Assembly: GCA_030141605.1 (NCBI GenBank)
Contig: JAQGDQ010000307.1
Coordinates: 62,001 to 126,000, forward strand
Source: Tubiluchus corallicola
Lineage: Eukaryota > Animalia > Priapulida
Direction: 5' to 3'
DNA: 64,000 bases
The translations under genes were made by a program, and so were the position numbers. Below, in pieces: positions 14,901 to 23,945 of this stretch. How positions within the stretch are numbered: position 1 is the stretch's first letter; every line of letters starts with the position of its first letter. The notes beneath the pieces are model-generated. The model was not told where the DNA came from, did not search any database, and saw only the letters and a list, made by a program, of their open reading frames with translations.

Positions 14901-15713
14901 GCAGATTTGCGTATTGCAGATAATGAACTAATGGCGGATATGCGGACTGCAGATTTTTAATACCTAAAATCTGCGATGCTACGAAACTGCAGCATGCAAA
15001 AGCCACTTACGTAAAGTAAATTTTCAATGTTTGCAAAAAAAGTTTGCCCAATTTCAGTTCATTAAGCATGCCCTTGCGCATTAAAAGGCTTGTTACCACA
15101 TTAAACACCTTTCATCACTAGTTTATTTTAGGATGTCCTGCTTTTTCGGTTCTTCCCGATATTTTACCTGGAAATTCCTAGACGCAAAACATTGCTTGTA
15201 ATTACAAATATTATAGTGTTTTACTCGAGCCAATTGTGGTTTACGGTGTGTGGGGTCTAGTTACTAATTTATTATCGATTTGCGATTATAACTCCTAGCT
15301 TCACATTAAGAAACTGTTTTTAACCATAGGGTACACATACCTAGCCTAGTAATTTGTTGCCTACATTTTTGCGGATATGATGCGCGGATATTCAAATTTC
15401 ACTCAATCCGCGGATTTTGCGTATGCGGATATTTACAGTTGCCGATAAACAGAAAGTGATATCCGCCCATCTCTGCTCTGGGCTAGATCCATGACCACCG
15501 GGTCGTTAACTTTAGTCCTTGGGACATTTGTAAGATTTACTGCCTCAGGCGTGAAAAACATTACAAAACATTAGAAAGTAGGAAGTCGCTACGATAAATA
15601 CCATAATCACGAGCATTAATCAAACTCCACGTTAAACACAAAATAACATAAAACCGTATACAAAATTGAGGAAAACGGTACACCAAAACCTGGTTTAAAC
15701 AGGGCGCTGCCAT
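3833..15713 (-). CDS. NEMP1: Nuclear envelope integral membrane protein (NEMP1/TMEM194 family), 9 exons, about 411 aa
   Basis: Exons 15602-15713 (MAAPCLNQ.., signal-like), 11553-11680, 10241-10451, 8725-8797 (VDVVRLFCLIFGILLFLLAGPLSR), 7649-7742 (NVIFYYSSGITLGVLASLL), 6921-7126 (..FAVCYKRGP..), 5746-5883, 5022-5183 ([38 protein letters not shown]), 3833-3944 (FASFVEGSPH..TGA). All junctions are GT-AG and phase-consistent; total 1236 nt = 412 codons. C-terminal motifs match remembered NEMP1 (LLTEEEY..RFADFVEGSSH). Confidence 0.93.
6330..6610 (+). repeat. Degenerate interspersed repeat module, also present at 28030-28610
   Basis: Shares motifs ggtcaacc(a/g)at..taactt and tcattga(a/g)acctttcatttga with the imperfect units at 28030-28610. 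Boundaries approximate. Confidence 0.5.
8855..8926. repeat. (TA)n microsatellite in a NEMP intron
   Basis: About 36 uninterrupted AT dinucleotides. Confidence 0.97.
9226..9253. repeat. (TAT)n microsatellite
   Basis: About 9 TAT/ATT units. Confidence 0.9.
10492..10917 (-). mobile_element. CR1-type LINE 3' end, 5'-truncated and frameshifted
   Basis: ORFs 10751-10969 and 10618-10800 give LPTLAYRRLRGDMIEAYKIL..TRG..KL..FSHRIVDAWNCLP..V.APSVDVFKRRLDKH, the typical CR1 ORF2 C-terminus, followed by a short 3' UTR and a (TAAGG)-like repeat tail at 10492-10516. Confidence 0.88.
11130..11254 (-). repeat. Copy 1 of a dispersed ~125-bp repeat (other copies at 46524-46648 and 53241-53386)
   Basis: Reverse complement reads gaatgctctgattattttttcaaacttt..aaatttgtttcaaa..aaaatggccacacct..ggagtttaaatttgcaggttttatgca, collinear with the two + strand copies. 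Confidence 0.75.
14843..15475. mobile_element. Non-autonomous hAT-like element (MITE) in NEMP intron 1
   Basis: Perfect 16-bp TIRs CAGAGATGGGCGGATA / TATCCGCCCATCTCTG; imperfect 8-bp TSD tcctgggc / ctctgggc; many subterminal GCGGAT/GCAGAT motifs; no transposase ORF. Confidence 0.85.
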
Positions 15714-15900
15714 TATTTTAGGAGCGCGCCACCTATGCATTTTTGGTTTAGTGCTTTTTGTTCAGTCAAAAGATGGCGCAACAAATACTAGTATAATACA
15801 CTTGGGCTGGGGTGGGCGCCGTTTACTGCGCTAACCTACCTAGTTGAATTGCGCTACCACATATGCGCGAAATTTGCGCCAGTCAGCGAAAAAGTGTTCA
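15700..15900. promoter_or_regulatory. CpG-rich candidate bidirectional promoter (NEMP on -, USP14 direction on +)
   Basis: Local CpG cluster next to the NEMP ATG (15713); + strand Inr-like TCAGTC (15762-15767) followed by YY1-type AAGATGGCG (15770-15778); a YY1-like AATAATGGCAGC overlaps the NEMP start on the - strand. Confidence 0.55.
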
Positions 15901-16539
15901 GGGCTTAATTGAGGCTTCACCATTAGCCACAGTGGTGCTAAAAATTGGAAAGTCCATATGACAGTTTTAATGTTTTATTACAAATCAAGAATCTTTCTAC
16001 ATAGGTCTTCTAAAAACACACTTTTCTCCCTTTATTATCTTTAAAAATAATTTCAAAGTCAAGGGGTTTTTGTAAGGTCATCTTCTATAAATAGCATTGC
16101 CAAATTATTTAGTCTCTCTTGTAAAATTGTTATGGTATGTAGGCATGGTTTAATCTGTGCTGAGGGTTTGAATATCGGTTACAAAAAAGGTATATCGCGA
16201 CATGAACTGATACGAAAACAGACTGAATAGTTTCACCTGAGCTACTCTAACATTTATACGTGTGGTTTCACTGCTTTCTTTGTATCAACAACTTCGTGCA
16301 CACTGGACACTCATTAATAATTCATCATAGAGTCCTGTGCCAGAGCGTGTGTGGCTGGCAGTATACAGTTACAAGGAACACAGACTGGAGAGCCACTATG
16401 GTAAACTCGGCTCAACTTTTGCAGGAGGATTTTGGGTAGCTCGTATACGGCGCGCGTAAGTACGCTGGCTATTTTATCCAGCAGTTACACAGCGGCCTCT
16501 CTACCGTTTGCAGTATTGGCTGGACCAGGAAGATAAAAC

Positions 16540-16775
16540 ATGGAAGTATTAACTGTGCTTTGAGATTACCGGAAGACAGTCCACTTTAAAAGCCTTCCAT
16601 GAATTAATTCAACCATGTAAGAAGCTAAGGGGATGGTCAGTTACTCACATTACTTCACACCAAAAGACCTCAATGGAACACTCTAATTTTGAAGGATACT
16701 TCATCATGGACAATAGCGAGAGAGTGTCGTTCGACAGCAGAAGGAAGACAGTGCAATGTCATCGAACCAATGACA
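16540..16775 (+). mobile_element. Degenerate 3' end of an RTE-like LINE, same family as 22245-23663
   Basis: Frameshifted peptides LRLPEDSPL / KAFHELIQPCKKLRG / GQLLT / KDLN / TLILKDTSSWTIARE align by eye with LPDDIPVKIALQQAIEPAKKPAGGQMLT..KDLNTSALILRNKCTWGIAASRE at 23427-23600. Confidence 0.7.
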
Positions 16776-17335
16776 CACACAATAATTACGGCACACGTTA
16801 TAGGCTGCACTATCACTACATACAGTGTAACACTAATGTTAGAAAATGTTCTATTAAATACAATGGCCCTTACATATGGAATTCAATTGCTCCAGCTATT
16901 AAAAATGTCAACTCGCTTTCCATATTTAAAAAAATATATAAATTAAACTTACTCGAAACATATAACTGATGACTCAATCATGATTTGTTGTTTTCTTTTT
17001 CAAAAACTGTATAGTAAAATAAAGTTTTTAATACTTCCCACCCGTATTTATATTTATGTTTGTATATATTGTAATGTTGTATCTATGTTGTATATGTAAT
17101 GTTGTATATTGTAATGTTGTATATTGTAATGTTGTATATTGTAATGTTGTAATGTTGTATATATTGCAATTTTTTTCGTAATTCTAGTGGCCTACCATAA
17201 GCTAGCTTCCTAGGTCTCTAGCGCAGTATACATGAATTTTATCATATTTTTGTATTAACAAAACCTGATGCACATGTAATGTAATGTGATGTATATGTAT
17301 ATGTTTAATGCGAAATAAATCTATTAAAAAAAAAA
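16776..17335 (+). mobile_element. CR1/L2-type LINE 3' end with 3' UTR and A-tail
   Basis: ORF end HNNYGTR..NVRKCSIKYNGPYIWNSIAPAIKNVNSLSIFKKIYKLNLL* resembles CR1/L2 ORF2 termini; AT-rich UTR with a TTGTAATGTTGTATA tandem; AATAAA and an A-run at about 17314-17335. Confidence 0.7.
17069..17165. repeat. Minisatellite, ~15-bp unit TTGTAATGTTGTATA
   Basis: About 6 imperfect copies inside the LINE 3' UTR. Confidence 0.85.
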
Positions 17336-17493
17336 TCTTAATTATGATGATGAAACAAAAACCGCATTGTGCGGTATATGGGCTACACAATAAATTGCGG
17401 TAAACAGTGCCCAACAATTACATACACTGCTTGGAGAGAGGGAAGAAGTTTATGAAATAATTCTTTCTCGTTTAACTTTCTCTTACAAAGAAA

Positions 17494-18954
17494 ATGCCTA
17501 ATTTTCAAGTAAAAGTGAAATGGGGAAAAGAAAAGTTTGACGTAGAATGCAACACAGATGAACCGCCTGTTGTTTTTAAAGCTCAGCTGTTTGCTTTATC
17601 TGGAGTTCTTCCAGATCGTCAAAAAGTAATGTTAAAAGGCGCTGTTCTTAAAGACGATGACTGGGCGAATTTTAAAATCAAAGAAGGTGTTACATTCCTG
17701 ATGATGGGATCTGCCGAGGAGTTACCAAGCGAACCACTGGCAAAGCCCAAATTTGTTGAGGATATGACAGAATCACAGTTGGCGTCTGCTTTGGAATTAC
17801 CTGCTGGCTTGTCAAATTTGGGAAACACATGTTACATGAATGCAACACTACAGTGCCTGCGTTCTGTCCCTGAACTAAGGGAAATCCTAGCAAAATATCA
17901 AGTTCCGACATCTGACAGTGGCAACGTTGGGGCTTCAATAACCATGTCCATACGCGATTTATTTTGTGCTATGGACAAAACAGCACAGGAAATTCCACCA
18001 CTGGTTGTTTTGCATTTTTTGCATTTAGCATTCCCCAGGTTTGCAGAAAAATCAGAACATGGTGGTTTCCAGCAACAAGATGCCAATGAATGCTGGACGG
18101 AATTAGTGCGGATTTTTCAGCAACAGTTACCAGGCATTTCATCAGGTGGTGATTCTGAACAGGCTTCGTTGAAAAAATCATTTATGGATCAGTACTTCAC
18201 TGGAAAGATGGAATCTACTTGGAAGTGTGCAGAAAGTGATGATGAGCCTGTTACAACTACAACCGATGAATTTCTGCAGCTGAGTTGTTTTATTAGTCAA
18301 GATGTTAAATACTTGCACACGGGATTGCAGTCTAGAATGCAGGAAAACATTACAAAGAATTCACGCATTTTAGGCAGAGATGCAGAGTATGTAAAGTCAA
18401 GCAAAGTATGCCGCCTGCCTGCTTATTTAACCATACAGTTTGTCCGGTTCTTCTACAAAGAAAAAGGCTCGATAAATGCAAAAATCCTGAAAGATGTGAA
18501 ATTTCCTATTTCTCTAGATTTATTTGACTTATGTACTCCTGACCTTCAACAAAACCTTATACCACAAAGAACAAGGTTTGCCGAAGCTGAGGAAAAGGCA
18601 CTGGCAAAAACAGAACAGCTTAAGAAAAATAGTATGCCAGAGAAGAAGGATGAAGCAAGAAAGAATGTGGAGCCTTTTTCTTTAGATAATGATGTTGGGT
18701 CAAATAATAGTGGATTTTATGAACTTCAAGCAGTTTTGACTCACAAGGGGCGCTCGAGCTCAAGTGGTCACTATGTTGCTTGGGTTAAAAAGAGTAAATC
18801 AGAATGGCTAATGTTTGATGATGATCGAGTTTCTCCTGTTACTGAAGAAGATGTCCTGAAACTTTCTGGAGGTGGCGACTGGCATACTGCTTATGTACTT
18901 TTGTATGGGCCACGACTTTTGGAAATTGATGATGACGAAATGGACACTCAGTAG
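17494..18954 (+). CDS. USP14: Ubiquitin carboxyl-terminal hydrolase 14 (Ubp6 ortholog), intronless, 486 aa
   Basis: N-terminal UBL domain (VKVKWGKEKF..FKAQLFALSGVLPDRQKVM), Cys box GLSNLGNTCYMNATLQCL, QQQDANECW, His box HKGRSSSSGHYVAW, FDDDRV and LSGGGDWH; uninterrupted ORF; AATAAA at about 19051. Confidence 0.97.
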   Translation: MPNFQVKVKWGKEKFDVECNTDEPPVVFKAQLFALSGVLPDRQKVMLKGAVLKDDDWANFKIKEGVTFLMMGSAEELPSEPLAKPKFVEDMTESQLASALELPAGLSNLGNTCYMNATLQCLRSVPELREILAKYQVPTSDSGNVGASITMSIRDLFCAMDKTAQEIPPLVVLHFLHLAFPRFAEKSEHGGFQQQDANECWTELVRIFQQQLPGISSGGDSEQASLKKSFMDQYFTGKMESTWKCAESDDEPVTTTTDEFLQLSCFISQDVKYLHTGLQSRMQENITKNSRILGRDAEYVKSSKVCRLPAYLTIQFVRFFYKEKGSINAKILKDVKFPISLDLFDLCTPDLQQNLIPQRTRFAEAEEKALAKTEQLKKNSMPEKKDEARKNVEPFSLDNDVGSNNSGFYELQAVLTHKGRSSSSGHYVAWVKKSKSEWLMFDDDRVSPVTEEDVLKLSGGGDWHTAYVLLYGPRLLEIDDDEMDTQ

Positions 18955-19837
18955 TTACTACCATTTCATATTAATTTTTTGTCTTTACTATGTTTTATAG
19001 CAACTCTATGCAGTCCGAGCTTCTGAGCTTCATATCATAATTCTTGAACTAATAAAATATTAAGCAAATATATGGTAAAAATTGATCGTATTTTAATGCA
19101 AATTGTACATTTACAGCAAAAAGTGAACATATACTAGCATAGTGGTGCAATCACTTTTTGTTTGGTTTTGCAAGTTTTCTTGAAAGCATCGTCGATTTTA
19201 TGCAACAATTATAAAACATAATAATGGATAACCCATCCTTTAGAGAATTGTTGCTGATTATGGCCTACTACAACCATTTGATATTAGTTGACCCTGCTGC
19301 TTAGTGCTGAATTGTATGCCAAACTGTATAAAAAATGCATACAAGACTCTTAAATTGCTATATTTCTAAAGTCATTAAATGCAAAAAATTTTATATAATG
19401 GCATTTCTGCAAATAAACATGCTGTGTAGAGGTTGTTGACATTACCTATGTCTAGATAAACAGTAATTTACAACTAACAAAATGACTGGTCACCTTTGCT
19501 GACAAAATGTAATGATTACAGTATCCTAAAATGCTGCAGTAAATGAATGTAAAAAGTAAGAATATATGTTTACCATGTCTTACCTCATTTTAGTGCCCCC
19601 CTTTATAATGCCAACCTTAGTTAATGCCCAAATTTTTGGCAAAGCAAGATGTCTGTATTTACATAGACATGTATGTGTTAAGGTAAGGCATTACTTTTTT
19701 GCCTACCCAAAGCAAGCAATGTAAAGAGGTTTCATTTTAAACTATATAATATTGCACTAGTTTCATATTTAAGTTATAATCCTGTAAAAAGTTGCCAGTG
19801 ATTTTAGTTAAAGATAAACACTTGTTCATTTCAGAAA

Positions 19838-20737
19838 ATGAGTGGCAAATCAGTTCTGTGCATTGGGGTAGTATGTTTGGATAATATTAGTGTTTGTAGT
19901 ACCTACCCCAAAGAAGATACACAGCAGATGAGCCTTGATTCATATATAGCCCGTGGTGGAAATGCATCAAACAGTTGTACTGTTCTTGTCCAGTTGGGCG
20001 TTAAGTGCGAGTTTTTAGGAGTTATTGGAAATGACTGGCCGTCCAAATACTTGCAGGCAGATTTCCAAGAGAGTGGAATTAAAGCTAATTGTATCATTTG
20101 TGACGGAGGCGAGTCACCAATCAGTTCCATTATCATAAATGCTGAGAACGGATCTCGTACAATAGTGGTTTGTATGAAAGATTTACCTGAAGTGTCCTTG
20201 AACGAGTTTCAAAAGTTGAACTTGTCTGAATTCTGTTGGATTCATTTTGAGGGTCGGCCCAAAAATGTGAACGAGATTCAAAAAATGGCCGAAGTTATTC
20301 GTCATTACAATTCATCTGGTGTGGATTTTGAAATCAAGATTTCAGTTGAAGTTGAGTTACCATACACTGAGCTAACTCCACTTTTGCATCTTGGTGACGT
20401 TGTTTTTGTGGGCAAGGATTATGCTACACTTAGAGGTTTCACAACAATGGAAGAAGCTGCAAAAGAGCTTCATAAAAGCTGTAGGCCCGGTGCTACTGTT
20501 ATTTGCCCCTGGGGTGAAAACGGAGCAAGTTGTTGCACTGCAGATGGTGTGATACAGTCCTGCTCTGCCGTAAAGCCAGCTCGAGTTGTAGACACAATAG
20601 GTGCAGGTGACACTTTTATAGCTGCGTGCATCTCGCAACTTTGCAAAAGCAAGCCTGTTTGGAAAGTACTAAAATTTGGCTGTGAGATTGCTGGAAAGAA
20701 ATGCGGTCACATGGGTTTGCGAAATATATTATTGTAA
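19838..20737 (+). CDS. KHK: Ketohexokinase (fructokinase, PfkB family), intronless CDS, 299 aa
   Basis: VLCIGVVCLD..YPKED, RGGNASNSCTVL (PfkB signature 1), WIHFEGR, VICPWGENGA, VVDTIGAGDTF (signature 2), AGKKCG; length matches animal KHK. Possible 5' UTR intron 19683-19834 (AG|GTAAGG..TTTCAG). Confidence 0.95.
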   Translation: MSGKSVLCIGVVCLDNISVCSTYPKEDTQQMSLDSYIARGGNASNSCTVLVQLGVKCEFLGVIGNDWPSKYLQADFQESGIKANCIICDGGESPISSIIINAENGSRTIVVCMKDLPEVSLNEFQKLNLSEFCWIHFEGRPKNVNEIQKMAEVIRHYNSSGVDFEIKISVEVELPYTELTPLLHLGDVVFVGKDYATLRGFTTMEEAAKELHKSCRPGATVICPWGENGASCCTADGVIQSCSAVKPARVVDTIGAGDTFIAACISQLCKSKPVWKVLKFGCEIAGKKCGHMGLRNILL

Positions 20738-22244
20738 ACCCATTTCTTAACCTACTAGCAGTACAAGTTATTTTGTGCAGTTGTAAAACTTGTTTTAATC
20801 CTGCATCGGTGGTCATTCTCTTCTCTTAATTATGCAAAACATTGAAATTTAATCATAAGTTTGGCTCTCATGTAATTAGACGTAATTTCTTGTAAAAGTA
20901 TATTGATCTACATAGTGTGTACACATGATTATAATGATTATTGTCGTATTTTCTATGACATATTGTTAAAAATTTTCCTAGTTGTAGAGGTGTCTGGTAA
21001 GAAGTTCTTGACTTTGCATAATTGTAGTACAGTGTAACTTTTATGGTGTCTTGCTATAAAGCATAAAGAGCTTACTGTTAGACAACAATTGGTTTGTTAT
21101 GTGGTGTTTTTAGACTAGGCACAAAATGCGAAGTTACAGGTTCACCTTAAAATTTCGTGCAGAATGAAATCTCTTGGTTTAATTCTCTGCTTTTCCTGTG
21201 GCGCCGCAAGTATTTCATAAAAAAGTTATAACATAATAACAACAATCAAAATTCATTGATTATTGTTGTTGTTGTTGCAGCTGATACAGCTGATGCTCAT
21301 GTGACTGTGATCATCATTGTGATTTGTGGAAACGTTGCTAAAACCTGTATTGTCACAGCCAAGTAAGAACATTACTTCCATAGTTCTTTCTTTAAATTTG
21401 ACATATTGTTTTACATCAAAATTCTGGCAGTGCTACTCACATTTTGGCAATTTTTTTGTGTAAATATGGGCTTAGCTTCTAAAGAAGCACTGTCAGTTAA
21501 CTAAATTTGTCAAAGGCTTTGTGAAATCAGTTACAGTATAATGTCAATTTAGCCACTTTTGGGCATTCTAAAATTTAATCAACTGAAATGAGCTGGGTCT
21601 TGCAAAAATAACGAATGAACCTGTCACCTGGAATCCATACTAATCAATTTTAATTAGGCGTTATTGGAGCCTTATTATTTTTGTAAACCTTTTATTCAAA
21701 ATATAATAATTTTATATGGGGATGATATTGCAGTTACACAAGCACAGTAATATACATACATGTTAAAACTGAGAATTCGACCTACCCTCTATTTCCAGTA
21801 TTAGACGCAGGTAGAACTCAGCTGCTGGGCTTTACCTTTTGAGTTTTTTGCTTATTGGTTGTATCTTGTCTTTAATTATGATGCCAAAGGAAAGTTACCG
21901 ATTATATTACCCTGGTCGGAATTTAACCAAGATTACAGCTAGAAGCTACTTCTACTGCAAATTCCTTGACAGCATTATGTGAGGGTACATTTGGCAGCTT
22001 GAAATCTCCATTAGTTTAGTTGAATTCGTCAAGATTGACTTAGTTTTGAATAAAAACCCCACTGTTGAAAAAACATCTTAAAATAATAATTAGTTTGCGT
22101 TAATAATACTAATAATAATAATCTGTTTTTTGTACATGACGTCACGACGTTGGAAATAGTAGTTGCAAGTGCCTTGATTTGCTTTACCTTGCTGCAAAGT
22201 AGTCCCATATTGCTCGTACGAGATCAAACAGGAAGCAATCCGAA

Positions 22245-23663
22245 ACAGGCACATTTCCGCAGGATATTCAAAAAGGAATACTTATCCCTTTACCCAAGCC
22301 AGGTAAGAAACGAGGTCCTATAGAAAATCTTAGACCATTGATGTTGCTTACACTAATAAGGAAAATTTTGGCTATCTGTATGTTGACTAGGATCTATGAC
22401 AGATTACGCACTTACATTCCAACAAGCCAAGCAGCATATCAATCAGGACGGAATACTACTGAATTAGTACAAGCCTGTAAGTTACTAGCCGAAAAAGCCA
22501 TTTCTTCTGCTGATTACTCAATATATATTCTCATGATCGATATGTCAACGGCCTTTGATTGCGTTCGGAGAAAAACTCTGCTTTGCTGTCTGGATGAAAT
22601 CCTTGAACCCGATGAAATATACATCATAAGTATAATGTTAGAAAATTTATTAATTCAAGTCAGGTGTGAAGGGAAGTTGAGTCAGCCATTTTCTACAAAC
22701 AAAGGAGTACCTCAGGGTGACTGCCTAAGCTCTGTACTTTTTACTTTATATCATAGCTCTCACTGAGGACAAAGTTATACCATTGAAAGACCTAGAAGAT
22801 CACAACTACACAATTCTTGATCCTGAATTAATACCGAGTGAAGTAAGACAAGAACACAGTTACAGCTCTCTACATAGTACATCAACTACTATATCTATGC
22901 AGTATGCTGATGATGTGGCATGGGTGACAAGAAACAAAGGAGAAATAGATGAAATAAAAAAACTCAAAAGAGGAGAAACTGAACTGAATGGATCTCGTTG
23001 TAAGCAAAAATAAAACTGAAGAGTTTCACTTAACACGCCATGGTGATGAATCATACCAAAGATGCACGTATCTCGGTAGTCTGCTAGCAACAGAAGACGA
23101 CATATCAAGACGGAAAATAATGGCATTATCAGCTTACTCAAAACTCACAAAAGTTTTTGAGAATAGGAAGATTTCTTTGGAAACAAAAATTAGAATATTC
23201 TCAGCCTTAGTTGAAACTGTATTTCTGTATAACTCTGAGCTCTGGACATTAAAAGCAAATCATAAAGCTGAAATCGATGCGTTTCAAAGGCGAAATTACA
23301 GAAACATTTTGGGTATTAGATGGCCAACGAAAATTCCAAACAAAGATCTATATGAAAAAATAAAAGAAGAACCTTGGACAAGAAAAATAAAAAGACACCT
23401 TTTAAGATTGATTGGGCATATGCTTTGACTACCTGATGATATTCCAGTGAAGATAGCTCTTCAACAAGCCATAGAACCAGCTAAAAAACCTGCAGGAGGA
23501 CAAATGTTAACATATTTAGATTTTGCACAGAAAGATTTAAACACTTCAGCATTGATCCTTAGAAACAAATGCACTTGGGGCATTGCTGCAAGCAGGGAGT
23601 CCTGGCATAGGGAGGTGAGCAGAATCATGTCCCTGGACATATGATTCATTGGATGATGATGAT
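22245..23663 (+). mobile_element. 5'-truncated RTE-like non-LTR retrotransposon (RT pseudogene) with 13-bp TSD
   Basis: RT motifs across frameshifted ORFs: LIPLPKPGK..NLRPLMLL, QAAYQSGRNT, IDMSTAFD, GVPQGDCLS, QYADD, YLGS, YNSELW, RNILGIRW, IGHML; (GAT)n tail at 23652-23663; direct repeat GAAGCAATCCGAA at 22232-22244 and 23664-23676. Confidence 0.92.
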
Positions 23664-23689
23664 GAAGCAATCCGAAGCATACCATTGTG

Positions 23690-23945
23690 TTTAAAATTTC
23701 GCCATAACCAAGGAGTGATCATTGTCTCTGTGCGCTTCTGAGTGAGATCGTGAATTTCTGATTAAAGGCATAAACATTCTTCATATCATGAAGAAATCTA
23801 TTTGATCGCGTATTGGGTTTCTTCGAGGTTCTCCATTTCATGCTTTTTCATTTTTTTTTGAGTGGATGCCCCGGTTGCTTATGTTGAAAAAGAGTATTAG
23901 CAATAATCAGGTTATTCTTCGCTACTGTTTCTGCAAGCCATATAT
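23690..23945 (-). mobile_element. Degenerate APE-endonuclease fragment of an older LINE
   Basis: Minus-strand translation WLAETVAKNNLIIANTLFQHK / NGEPRRNPIRDQIDFFMI*RMFMPLIRNSRSHSEAHRDNDHSLVMA carries the NTxF, QID(Y/F) and (S)DH motifs of LINE endonucleases, with stops and a frameshift. Confidence 0.72.

Noticed and set aside
17619-20816. Several 60-88 aa minus-strand ORFs
   Set aside because: Antisense shadows of the USP14 and KHK coding sequences.
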